From: Octopus bimaculoides
Taxonomy: Eukaryota
Direction: 5' to 3'
Length of the DNA stretch: 64,000 bases
Assembly (NCBI RefSeq): GCF_001194135.2
Contig: NC_068982.1
Coordinates: forward strand, 158,979,604 to 159,043,603
Shown here: one piece after another, positions 13,991-27,645 of the stretch
Layout of the letters: every line of letters starts with the position of its first letter
How positions within the stretch are numbered: the stretch's first letter is position 1
Notes under the pieces: model-generated
Told to the model about the DNA's origin: nothing
What the model saw: the letters and a program-made list of their open reading frames with translations, nothing else
Database searches by the model: none
Made by a program: the position numbers and the translations under genes

Positions 13991-15491
13991 TTAGTATGGT
14001 TGCATCCAGTTATTTGCCTTAAGCTCTCAGCGTCTTTAAAAAAGTTTTCCTCTATAACTATTTCGTCTGTAGTTATCATATTCTTAGACATGTCCCTCTG
14101 TACACGTTATCAGTAGCTACGCTCGTGTTACTCACATTCAACACTCATCACGTTCGTCTTCACATATGTTTGTCACTAGCTATGTTAGCTTGCTTAACTT
14201 GTTCCTCAGTATTGATACTCGTATGTAGACATATACATCTGTAACTATTTCTTTGTAGCTATATATATGGAAAGCGATGCGCCTAGAACTACACTATTGT
14301 ATTCTATATGCATCTGTAGTGATAATAGTCAGTCGCAACAATAATCGTTTGTAGGTATATGAGTCAGAAACTAAGTTTGCCTGATTTAGACACGAGCTCT
14401 GTACGTAAGCGCAATAATCAAGCGCTCGAGCAATTACGTCTGTACTAGCAAGGGCAAACATTCAAGTATAGCAATATAAGGAAGTGAAATGAAGAAAACC
14501 AGAACAAAAAAGTAAAAACAAATTACTTTCTTCCAACTATAAAGAAAAGAAAAAAAGTATAATAGGAAGAAGCAAATTATTTTTTTCCAAGCGGAATTAC
14601 TAGAATGTAATCACATACTTGCGTAAGAGCCAATATTTTCCTCTATATTCTTGCATCTTTTTTTCTCTTTTTATTTCCTGTTCTCTATCATCGCTACGAT
14701 CACAACATGATTACTTATATTTATGATTTATTTTCGCAAGATGTATGTATATGAGGTCATACTCAATCATACTCGTATATAAACACACACACTTACACGC
14801 ACACACGCACACTCCCACACATATATATATGCATATACATTATATACATACACACACGTACAAATACATGCATGTAAGTATTTATATATATANNNNNNNN
14901 NNNNNNNNNNNNNNNNNNNNNNNNNNNNNNNNNNNNNNNNNNNNNNNNNNNNNNNNNNNNNNNNNNNNNNNNNNNNNNNNNNNNNNNNNNNNNNNNNNNN
15001 NNNNNNNNNNNNNNNNNNNNNNNNNNNNNNNNNNNNNNNNNNNNNNNNNNNNNNNNNNNNNNNNNNNNNNNNNNNNNNNNNNNNNNNNNNNNNNNNNNNN
15101 NNNNNNNNNNNNNNNNNNNNNNNNNNNNNNNNNNNNNNNNNNNNNNNNNNNNNNNNNNNNNNNNNNNNNNNNNNNNNNNNNNNNNNNNNNNNNNNNNNNN
15201 NNNNNNNNNNNNNNNNNNNNNNNNNNNNNNNNNNNNNNNNNNNNNNNNNNNNNNNNNNNNNNNNNNNNNNNNNNNNNNNNNNNNNNNNNNNNNNNNNNNN
15301 NNNNNNNNNNNNNNNNNNNNNNNNNNNNNNNNNNNNNNNNNNNNNNNNNNNNNNNNNNNNNNNNNNNNNNNNNNNNNNNNNNNNNNNNNNNNNNNNNNNN
15401 NNNNNNNNNNNNNNNNNNNNNNNNNNNNNNNNNNNNNNNNNNNNNNNNNNNNNNNNNNNNNNNNNNNNNNNNNNNNNNNNNNNNNNNNNNN

Positions 15492-15522
<31 letters not shown>

Positions 15523-16245
15523 ATATATACATATATATATATATATACATATACATACAAATATATTTGGAGGATGTACAAATATACTTTCATATGCGTA
15601 TACACACATCTATATATGCATATGTATATGTATGGATACATATAAGTATGTATATATATGTATATGTATATATATGTACACGATAGTATCGCACACTGAG
15701 AATGGGTGCTTGACACCGACTTTCAGTTTATGTATGTCACAGGAAAATGAAACATCACACCATCCTCAAGCGTGGACAGCTTAAACACTAGGGGAAACAA
15801 TTCCTCGTCTTGAATGCGTAAAAAGCAATTTAAACGAGTAAATTGCAAGCATGTCTCACTTATCAACCTTGCCAAACAAGATAAATTTTAGATATAGATT
15901 ATATTCATAATATGCATAATAAGCATATACTCTGAAAAACTGATGCTGAATTTCTAACTTGCATACATTTGTATAAGGTATAGATAAACCATCACATGAT
16001 TTACAAAATATATTTTTATTAAATTCCAATTTCTTTCACTAATTTCCAAATCATATCGTGAATCCATAAATAGTAAGTTAAACACTCGCATATATCCATG
16101 AAAAGCAAGTATGTCTCATGTGCAGTATATCATTATTTACATGTATAAATATGAGTGCCCGTGTAATTTCAATTAATCAACGTTTAATACCCGTTCTTAC
16201 AAAAATACAAGACCAATTCAAAGAGCATAACGACTAAAGACATCC

Positions 16246-16953
16246 CTAAACTTGTGTGTGTATTAATTCTGATACCCCATGTTTCTCGTTTAATCTCGTG
16301 TAATCACTACCAAGATTGAGGAAATTACTAACATTTTCAGTGAAACATTTCTCAAAGGTTTTCCAGTTTATCGTACGTGGCGTGGCGTTCGACTTCAAAC
16401 ACTTTTTGCTTCTTTCTGTTTTATTATTCATTTTCCGGGTTTTCAAACTATCAGCTCTTATATCTACTTCTTTCTCGCGTTTACTAGCTTTCAGTGCCTG
16501 AAAACTCTACTGGGATACCTGACATGCTAAGAAATCCTGTATCATTCCATTCCAATACCTGATTTAGTAGAAGGAGCATGATATTCTGGCATTGTTCTCA
16601 ATCCCATAAGTAACCCCACGTAGGATATATACATCGTTGTAGCTCAATGTTATTTTCCCGAATCTATTCTCAATATGAATTCTCCAACTCCCTTGGATGA
16701 TAAAACGACAGAAATTTACTCCGCCCCAACCACATAGGAAAATATAGTATTTGTTTGAATGTACTTATTGATTAGTAAGCAGTCGTTGATCGAATTTTTG
16801 AAAGTTCCACTTGAAATAGAAAGTAACAGAGGGTACTGTTGAATTCATGGTCCGGCAAATAGGCTGAAGATGGCTTACAGTCGAAGAATTGGAATGCATA
16901 GAGAAAATACCACTTTCCTTTCGTATTCCCAACACGGCTACGTCTATGGACAC
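16246..16953 (-). pseudogene. Relic reading frame of 236 codons with 3 internal stops; unidentified, N-terminal half weakly MATH/TRAF-like
   Basis: ORFs 16765..16953 and 16246..16446 are in the same frame. Hand translation of the gap between them shows only two further stops (16564-16566, 16507-16509). Confidence 0.35.
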
Positions 16954-17152
16954 CTGTTACTGAACTTAGAATGCTACACCTTGGAATCGGTATAATGCCT
17001 TGCGTTTTTTTTTTTTTACATTTTTCGTCTATTTCATTTTCGACTTTCTGTATAATAAACATTGTAGAATTTCGTCCTGCTCTTTACGTTCTAATTATAA
17101 AGTCACCCTTGATATTCAGAGTTACATAATTTATGAAATCGGTGTTAACAGA

Positions 17153-17188
17153 GGCAGCAGTAGCAGCAGCAGCAGCAGCAGCAGCAAC

Positions 17189-17253
<65 letters not shown>
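17153..17253. repeat. Compound (CAG)n-(TAG)n microsatellite
   Basis: Directly visible. Confidence 0.95.
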
Positions 17254-17949
17254 CTATTCTTTTATATCTTACATTGGACAGTGTCATTGTTAATAAGATA
17301 TATCGACTATTTTCATTGTTCAATGTTACTGTTTTAGGCTTCCACATTCTATTTCCAGAATAATTTATTATGTTTTACACTGACATGTTACACTGCACAT
17401 TAAATATCTGGACATGTTTCGCAGTTTTTTAGTCTTTCAAACAAAGGATTTATTCGAAAATATTGAACCACGCATTATATTTAACGAAACGAAAACAGTA
17501 TTTTGAATGAAAAACTAAAATAATTGGTGATATTTATATATATTTCTGACTTCAAACAATCAATAGAGGTCTGCTTATCCATTCATTTATATATCTATCT
17601 ATCTATCCGAGGGGACAAAATACAAAGTAGAGCTTGTCTTTTTAGGAAGAAGAAACGAAGAAAATTAAAAGAAAAAAAGAAAAAGAAATCGGTCGAATTC
17701 CGATCAAAAGGGATCGTGCAAAAACAAAAACAAAAAAAGGGCAGAGGCCAGTCAATAGAAATCGTGTATCACAGAAATGTCAATGTAAAAAGGGAAAGCA
17801 GATTAGGTTTATCCGTGGAAAGAAAACCTAAGGAAAAGACTACGGGATCCTTGGGCAATAGTTTCATTCAAAAAAAAAAATCACATTACATTAAGTGGTT
17901 CTGTTTCATTCTTTCTTTTTTTGTTTTTTGGCTCATAGGATTATGCTCA

Positions 17950-20022
17950 AGCTGACTCTGTCATTCACACGTGCCATCCTTGCTACATTCACCAAAAGTA
18001 GTGAAAGGCCCCGCCTAAAAACAACACTGATGGACATTGAAAAAAGCCCGCAGTAATCCTATGTGAGGGAGTGAGCAGACAAAGAAGCCTAGGTTATAAA
18101 AAAAAGCATTAAGCCAAACACAGAGGCCTTCTTTCATTACGCGAAAGATGCAGCCTCAGTACGCTGCAAAATAGGACCCCTCTTCCAAAAGGATGGCTCC
18201 CTAACCGATTGTCCAAACAGGATCAGTGAGGTATTGAATGACCAGTTCAAAAGTGCCTTTACCTCCTCGTTGGAACACAGACAAGTGAACGAAGTAGTGG
18301 ATTTATTTACCGCCTCATCTATAACCAGCGAGGCAGTTACGATGGAATACATAGACATCAGCAGAGAAGATATACTACTAACCAAAGATGAAGTGGACGC
18401 AAACTCAACTGTTGGTCCTGATGGCTTCCCAGCAATCCTCCGCAAATCGTGTAAGCCTGACCTGGCAAAACCCCAACAGATTCTCTTCCAGAGCTTTCTT
18501 GCAAATACCGGGTTGCCACGCAAGCTGAAGAAGAGAATAATATGCCCAATCTATTAAGGGGGAAGCAAAGCAGACGCCAAAAACTATAGGTCTATGCTCC
18601 TGATTTCAAACATCAGCAAAGTCATGGAACAGATAGTCAAAGTGAAACTAATCGCATTCCTTGCAGAAAATAACTTGCTGAATGATACCTAGCATGGCTT
18701 TCGACCAGGTTGCGGCTGCCTGATCCAGCTCCTACAACATTATGACTGGGTGTTGAGGCAGTTACTCAGCAATCAGATGTAGACGTAATATACATTGATT
18801 TTGGAAAAACTTTTGATAAAATGGATCATGGTATGATATGCCACAAACTGCGTGATCTCGGCATAGCTGCAAAACTTAGACAGTGGTTACATGACTTTCT
18901 GAAAGATACACATCAGGCTGTAGTCTCCAATGCAGCCACCTCAATAAAAACACAAATAGTGAGCGGTGTTCCACAGGGTACTCTCTGAGGACCACTGCTT
19001 TTCATAGTGGCCCTCTCAGATATGCCCTGAACTGCCCGGATAGCCAGCCTTGCTAGCTACGCAGATGATACGAAAGTCTCGCAGAAAATACAGAACCCGA
19101 GTGATGTTTCACTTTTTCAGTAGCAGTCAGACTCATTTTACAGATGGGCTGAGGATAATAATATGCAGTTTAAAGCTAAAGAATTCCTAGCCCTGCGCTA
19201 CCAGCGTCGAAAACTGAACATGAATCTTACAGGGTACACTTGTCTACAGGGAATTAAAATCGCAGAGCCTAAATCAGTGAGGGACCTGGGTATCGACATG
19301 AGTGATGATACCTCTTTCCAAGTTCACATTAGCAGGATGGCGACAAAGTGCAGACGACTGGCTAGATAGAACCTGAGAACATTCAGAACCAGAGAAAAGG
19401 AAACCATGAAGGTTCTCTGAAAGACATTCGTCCTCACCCACCTGGATTACTGCTTCCAGGTATGGTCACACAACAGTGTAAAATTAACAGCGGACCATGA
19501 AGCAATCCAGCGAAGTTTCACAAAGAAGATCGTCTCTTTGCAACAGCTCAGCTATTGGGAAAGCCTGAAACAGCTAAGACTCTACTCTCTGGAGCGAAAG
19601 CGGAAGAGGTACGCAGTAACATACATCTGGAAGATCCTGGAATGAATTGTGCCAAATTTTGGCATTGATAGCTACACGAATGCCACAACGGCTTGCCACT
19701 GCACAGTGCCAAACGTCTCAGCAATGCCATCGCGCTTCAGGAACAGTTACTGCAACAGCCTGTGGTTCAGGGGCCCACAACGTTTCTTTCAAAGAGCATG
19801 GGGAACTTGCCCAAAGTGGATGTAGGCGTTTTCAAATCAAAGCTGGACCTCTTCCTGTCTGGAGCCCCAGATGAACCTACCTCAAGGTGAGAGGTGCAAA
19901 TGAGTGTAGCTACATCAAACTCACCAAGTGCCACATATTACAGGAGGCTCACAATTAAAACAGTGTAGCAAAACGGCAGTGCTCCAGCATGGCCACATCT
20001 CTAAGCTGAAACTACGAAAAAG
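17950..20022 (+). mobile_element. CR1-clade LINE, 5'-truncated, decayed ORF2 (reverse transcriptase) with intact 3' end
   Basis: Motifs GPDGFP, KNYR, HGFRPG, DVIYIDFGKTFDK, SGVPQG, GPLLF, YADDTK, LDYC and FKSKLD are present with multiple stops and frameshifts. The 3' UTR ends GGCAGTGCTCCAGCATGGCCACA...GAAAAAG followed by (TA)n. Confidence 0.95.
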
Positions 20023-20054
<32 letters not shown>

Positions 20055-20445
20055 AAAGTCTTTGTAAAATTATCTGGTACAATTTTACTAAGAAAAAAGA
20101 TATTTTTCACAAAATATATTTTACAAAAAAGTTATAAATTCTTTATTAGAACGTCACTAATTTTTATGGAAGAAGTTTCTTTCTCGACTATGTAAGCGCT
20201 CTCGATTATCTTTTCAAACGGGTATGTTTGTGTTTTGTGTGTGTGTGTGCCAAAATTTATCTCTTAAAAGAGATAAANNNNNNNNNNCACACATATATAT
20301 CAGCATATATACATACATTCATATAGACACACACATACGCACACACATACACGTATATATGTATGTAGATAGACACACAGACAGGCACGCAAGCAGACAT
20401 GCACATAACCAGGTAGATAAATAGATGGATAATTAGACAGACAGA

Positions 20446-20449
20446 CAGT

Positions 20450-20500
<51 letters not shown>

Positions 20501-20517
20501 GATAGATAGATAGATAA

Positions 20518-20560
<43 letters not shown>
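20446..20560. repeat. (GATA)n microsatellite
   Basis: Directly visible. Confidence 0.95.
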
Positions 20561-20562
<2 letters not shown>

Positions 20563-20674
20563 GAATAAGTAGGTATATGTACGCATATATAAATACACAC
20601 ACACACACACACTCTCTCTCTCTCTCACACACACTCACATAAATACACACACATACATACACATAGAAAAGAGA

Positions 20675-20708
<34 letters not shown>

Positions 20709-21754
20709 GAGAGAGAGATCTGTTTTGTGTTTTTGTTAGTTCCTTATAAAACTGTTTAAACAAGTACTGCTTTATTTTGTGAGAATCAAGCTGAGAAAAC
20801 ACACGCACTGGTTATAATTCACATTACAATAAATAAATAATATTAATTTATTCATTTATCAAACATTTCCACCACTCAACTGTTGTCATTTCAATGATTT
20901 TTTTTCATGACTGTCTTTTCTACCTGATATTGACCTGTATATTGTTGGGGCTGTGATTAAATATGTGGGTACATGCAAATATATACATACCTGCTCTAGC
21001 GTTTCGATGTGGNNNNNNNNNNATGAGTGTATGTATATTTGTGCGTATGTGTGTCTATGCTTTAAAATAATATTTATACCAAGAAAATGTAAGAAGAATT
21101 ATTTACATGAAGGAAATAAGAAAAACACCTATCAGGGAAAATAATAACACACCTACACTGGCTTTCAATTCACTGCTCGAGAGCCGGTGGCTAAGCACCT
21201 TGTTTTACTGATTTGAGTTGTTTTCCAGAGACGTGATAATCTCATAAGAGACTATACGAAATTTGATGTTTACAAATTAAAATCATTACTACCAACGGGT
21301 GCGACGTATAGGTATCTTTAGGAGAAATTCATACTCACACACACACACACATATATATATGCGTGTGAGTATGTGTGTGTGTCTCTATGTGTGTCTAAGT
21401 GCATGTGAGTGTCTACAATAAATATTTAGCATAAACAATAGAATGATTCAAGGGTCGAGAATTTCGTTCGTTAATATTTATCCAACTTTAGGCATCCTTA
21501 AGAAAAATTGTCCCTTGTGTTCATACAAACACACGGACATACATACATGCATACTTTTATGTCGACGTCCCCAAGACATATAAATAGAGGTAGTCTAGCC
21601 GTGGACGAGGAATTGAGTAGCACTTGAGTAGCAGTCGTGTAGCGCTTGAGTAGAGATTATCCGAAGGTGCTAAATAGCAGTAGCTTGAGACATAACACAT
21701 ACATACATACATACATAATACATACATACATACATACATACATACATACATACA

Positions 21755-21785
<31 letters not shown>

Positions 21786-22289
21786 TTAAGGCAGAAGATA
21801 CGGGTGTAAATAATCCTGTCGTAATCACAAAAAAGCTCCTTTAGTGGACCGGGTTGTAAACCACACAGTGGACCAATACGGAAAAGTGAGTCCTATGTAG
21901 CTGGAATCTACTAAATCCAATTACAGAATCTTATTTCCTGAGACGTATACAGGATATAAAGAAAGTCAGAAGGTTTAAGATGAATATATTTATTTCACCG
22001 GTGGATATCGATATAATAACTATTGTTTCGCAGTCAACATCACCCGAAAATAGTTTAGTTTATTTTACTGTATAGCATCTTATTTTACATGTCTGCAAAA
22101 ATATGTATGATTTAAGTTGCATAGTACTGTTCGACATTTTACAAGCGAATCCAAGTGTAGAAGACTAGCTCATCAGTTCAACAAAATATCATGGTTACAT
22201 CCACGTTTTCAATTTGAGTTGATACGAATGGATATAACCATTATATTCCGTTGATTTGACGAGCTGTCCTTCTATACGTGCATATATGG

Positions 22290-22325
<36 letters not shown>

Positions 22326-23139
22326 TGTATGTATGTATATAGATAGATAGATAGATAGATAGATATAGATATATAATTTTTGTTGTGAGCTGGTAGATAT
22401 ATGTATATCTACGTACGTCATTATGCAGGTCTTCTGTATGACATTGACACATACTTTTTCGATGGAACCCAAATAAAACATCATTAATAGGTATAACAAT
22501 TAATGTTAGAAAAGTAATAGGAAGATATCAGGTTAGTTTCGAAAAATTATATTTAATCGCTATCGGTAGTACAATATGTTTTCCTTTTTTCGACTTTCTT
22601 TCAGCTGCGTTAATTACGGGGTAATATTTAATTCTTAACACGGTTTTCGCTTCCGTTTCAAGAAATTTTTCTTCAGTTATCAATTATCTAGCAAATTTCT
22701 ACGTTTTAGAACCTAGCTAGCGTGACTAATTTCTTTCTTTCTATACACTTTGTTCATATGGAATCCTCTATAGACAGATAGCGTTTTACTCATTTAAACG
22801 ACTTGTAATAGCCTTAGTATGTGCTTTCATTTTTAATAATCAAAGTTTGGTTGTATGTCTTCGGGGTTAACTGGCATTACAGTTTCCTGAATCCCAGACA
22901 GCAGATTTTTCTTTTATTGCTGGTTTTCCTAAAAGTCCTTATTAATTTCCTTACATTTTCAATTGAATGTTACAATGATATTTCTTGAAATATCCGGCAT
23001 TTAATAAATTACACGTAAAATGTTTGTAATATTCAAAATGCTCAAAGATTTAAATAGATTATTTAAAATCTTTCTCTTAAAATAATTCTTAGTTGCTGTC
23101 TACGTCAAAATAAAAAAAAAAAGCAAAGAAAAAAAAACA

Positions 23140-23600
23140 TGGTTATATACGAATGGAGCGTTAACTACAAATTTAAACAAGATTTTTCTCAAAGGAGAGT
23201 CCTGCTGTGTATATGATGGAATGGAACAGTTAGTATTAACTGAACCACCGGAAGAAGTGAAAAATTATCACAGCGAAATTTCTTTTCCAATGTTTATATG
23301 CATGGATCAGAATATGCGCATAAACATTTTTCAGTCACCAGCAGAATATATGGTCATTTTGCACAATTATAATGCAATATCATCCACTTCAGTAAAAATA
23401 ATTTGAAGTACAGATTACATCTATACAGTGGAAAGCTTTACATTACGAAGCTCATTACCAAATTTAGCTCATGAGATCTTAACTTATTTATTTTAGCTTG
23501 AATGCTTTAACAGTGAAAAAAAAAAAAACATGATATGAAGGAATCAAATCTTCGAAGAAATATTACCCTTTTCTGCTAAGGATCTAAATAATTGTAAAAA
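23140..23600 (+). mobile_element. Highly decayed mariner transposase fragment
   Basis: RRVLLCI*WN (compare KV.L..WW), IITA and VILHNYNA (compare LLHDNA) occur in order across frameshifts. Confidence 0.5.
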
Positions 23601-23728
23601 TGTGTTTTCTAAATGTTTCGACTTCAAGCGCTACCTACTGGATAATTGGATCTCCTTGTTTGCTGGTTAGGCTTTTTTGGGTCTGTAAGGCTTGTTTTAT
23701 CATCTGCTTCAGGGCAGATAACCGGTCC

Positions 23729-24055
23729 TCATTTACGTTTTTCTTTGTTAAGACATAAATCTCGATTTCTCAACTTGCCCTTACGTCCGCGACGTAGGAA
23801 ATAATTCCAGCAGGAACGTAGCTCGTTCAAGCTCAGATTAGCAAATGGTGAATGCAGGAAGTTGAAGATACCTACTGGAAAATGGGCTGCTATTGGTGAA
23901 AATTTGTTAGATGTTGCTGTTAGCAGCGACATCGGCATTTTAGTGGCACCATTAGAAAGGAGAATTTCTTGGATCGCGTAACTGGGCCGATAGATGGTGG
24001 CATCTTGTTGTTTGGTGGGCTTTTGAAGTGGCTTGGAAACCGACACAAGCAACAC
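23729..24055 (-). other. GC-richer segment with open frames on both strands; candidate exon of an unknown gene
   Basis: 108-aa minus ORF ending RSCWNYFLRRGRKGKLRNRDLCLNKEKRK*. An overlapping plus frame (about 23803-23987) is also open. No recognised domain. Confidence 0.25.
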
Positions 24056-24155
24056 CGGCGAGAATATGTGTGCATGTGTCTGAATGTGTGTGTGTATGTA
24101 TGCGTGTGCGTACGTGTGAGTGTGTGTGTGTGCATGTGTGTGCGTGTGTATGTGT

Positions 24156-24194
<39 letters not shown>

Positions 24195-26186
24195 CATAGT
24201 GTGTTAATTCTGTCATATGGTGTCTGTGATTATATATCTCTTATAAGACTCTGAATCAGTTATTAAGTTTTCTAGAATTTCNNNNNNNNNNNNNNNNNNN
24301 NNNNNNNNNNNNNNNNNNNNNNNNNNNNNNNNNNNNNNNNNNNNNNNNNNNNNNNNNNNNNNNNNNNNNNNNNNNNNNNNNNNNNNNNNNNNNNNNNNNN
24401 NNNNNNNNNNNNNNNNNNNNNNNNNNNNNNNNNNNNNNNNNNNNNNNNNNNNNNNNNNNNNNNNNNNNNNNNNNNNNNNNNNNNNNNNNNNNNNNNNNNN
24501 NNNNNNNNNNNNNNNNNNNNNNNNNNNNNNNNNNNNNNNNNNNNNNNNNNNNNNNNNNNNNNNNNNNNNNNNNNNNNNNNNNNNNNNNNNNNNNNNNNNN
24601 NNNNNNNNNNNNNNNNNNNNNNNNNNNNNNNNNNNNNNNNNNNNNNNNNNNNNNNNNNNNNNNNNNNNNNNNNNNNNNNNNNNNNNNNNNNNTATATATA
24701 TATATATATATATTGATAAAAAAACATTATTACGTCATACTAAAATGATCAGTACTCTGCCATGTGATATAGTGAAAAAGAATTAATAGATCGGGCTCGC
24801 TCATAATACCTTGTTAGTGAAGTTTGCAAGCCGAAACTGATCGGAAACCTAGCATAGGTACAATTAAGAAGTTTTGTTGTTTCATGCTAAAACACAGAAA
24901 CGTCAGATTAGAATTTTACTATGCAACATTACATCCCTTTCGCGGGTAAGATTCTTGTTCACTCCTATCATCTTTCCATTTAGCACCCTGCCACGTACTA
25001 CAGCAACACCTATTTCAACAAAATGATTAACAGTTAAGTAATGTGTTCCATTAATTCGACCTTACGTCTGCTGTAAACTATGTAGGCATTATGCTCAGGT
25101 TAAAATTAATTTTCCCTATATTTAGATTATCGAATCACTCTTTTGCAATATAAACACATTAACGAATCGATAAAGTTACAGGCATCATTAATGGTACAAA
25201 CTATAAGTATATAAAATGTTCTGGTAAATAGAATAATAGGATGGATATAATAACAGTTGAAATAATTGAAAACTTTCATACGTTTTGTAGTAAATAAATT
25301 CCGATTTATATAGAAATAATAACTGAGATGAATAAAGTGTCTCTTTAATTAAGGATTTATTTAGTATAATATTGCATTTCATTTCCTTTGCAATTCAATG
25401 GCTACCATGAAATGATACTCTATTTCTCATTTCTCAAAAATATTGAATGTTAACTGTAATCATCTAATCTAATTTATTTGGAAAGGAAATTGAGCTTGAT
25501 TAATCCGATTGAATTAAAAGTGAAGTATAGTCTATTGCAGAATATACGTGACCATCAAAGTAAAACACTATATATGTTTATAAAAGGCCATCCCCATAGA
25601 TGTGTAAATATTCTTAACTACATATTAAAGTACAAATCAAAAACGGATCGCCTTCCATGTATTGGAGGATAGGCGATAGAATAGATTAACTTTATGAACT
25701 ATATATAAGAAAAAATGCTTATATAAATTTGGAGTTTAGGCTACAAATAGTCGATGTCAATTACATTCATTTACTTTTGAAATAATACAGGGCTGCTGTA
25801 TTATTTTTTTACATAGCCTCCATCTTGCTTTGAAAAAGCACCTAAAATTAATAAGTGTATTGACATAATAACCGATGTTTTCAGTATTATAGAATTATCA
25901 GAACATCAAAGACAATGAAATCTGCCGTCTGTCCTATGATAAACATGTTGTGTGAATATGTATACATAACGAAACAAACACAAACGTGGGCGCATACATC
26001 TCCATACATGTTTTCAAAATTGCATGTATATATGATACATGTTATTTAGATATAATGCACAAACACTGGTATAAAAATTCATGCGTATATTTACAGTCAA
26101 ATATACAGATACACAAGCGCACAAACACTCATATGAGCATCGGAGATGTACTTGCAGGTGTGGTTGTGAATAAATACACACACACA

Positions 26187-26226
<40 letters not shown>

Positions 26227-26917
26227 CACACACACACATGCATGTATGTATATATGTTTCTTTTTTCTTTCATTTGTTTCATTCATTTGATTAAACCCTT
26301 CATGACGATGCCTTGAAGGATTTTAGTCGAAGAAAACTGCATCAGTACTTCTTCCTTTCTGGTTTTTTTTTTCAGCTTTGTACTTATACTATGGGGTGCT
26401 TTGCCGAACCGATCCTAATTTGTGTGTGCATGAGTAGTAGTTGCATTCGTCACTTAAATGGGTATCTCTGCACACGTAATTGTTCTTTCGCTAAAATTCT
26501 CAAATACGTGTGCATTATAAAAAGCATAAATACCGATTATATTTCCTGTGTTCCTAATTGATGTTCGGCTCGCTGTCACTGCACATGAGCCTTGTAGCGT
26601 TATAGTGATATGACCTCGTCAGATGTAAGTTTAGAATCTGGAACTGATGAACCATGCTCATTCATTTTGATAAAGTATAGTGCCTCACGGTGTATCTTTT
26701 GCATCACGCACACATACAAACGCGCGCACACGCACACACACACACACACACAAACGCACATATGCACGTGTGGGTTTGTAGGGCGGCGTGTGTGTGATTA
26801 TGTATGTATGTATGTCTATGGGTTTGTGTGTGTGTGTGTGTGTGTGTCTTAGTTGAAATGTTTGTAATGCTAATTTTGAAATCGAAATGAAATAATTCAA
26901 TACCTCTTCTATCATGA

Positions 26918-26948
<31 letters not shown>

Positions 26949-27444
26949 GGTCTGTGTGTGTGTGTGGGTCTGTGTGTGTGTGCGTGTATACATATGTATA
27001 TATGTGTGTGTATGTGTGTGAGAGAGAGAGTGCGTATGTGTGTATTTGTGTGCGCACCTCTGTGTGTGTGTGTGTGTGTATGTGTATATGTGTGTGTGAG
27101 TGACGGTATCCGCGCAAGAAAACAGGGTTCATGTCAAAACATGCGTCCTGTTAGTAGGTCAGATAAACAATATGTATAACGAGGAATGTAAGACATATGA
27201 ATAAGTTGAGAAAAGCAAATAAATATGTAAACTATGTGTAAGACCTGAAACATTTTATGGCTTTCAAAGTTCATTCTAGAAAACATCAGCCATCATAAAT
27301 AATTGATATCTTAGTAATGTGTTTAGAGTTGATATCAATCCCTTCTCTCTTTCTTTCTCACCCTCTCTCTCTCTTATACCCACACACGCTCGCGCACACA
27401 AACAGACGTACACACATACACGCATCCTCTTATACGCAAGTATT

Positions 27445-27489
<45 letters not shown>

Positions 27490-27499
27490 NNNNNNNNNN

Positions 27500-27539
<40 letters not shown>

Positions 27540-27609
27540 ATATATGTATTATGTGTGTGTGTACACATTTAAAAGGCTTATATTCGTGGTACACTTGCGA
27601 TGTGTCTTT

Positions 27610-27645
<36 letters not shown>

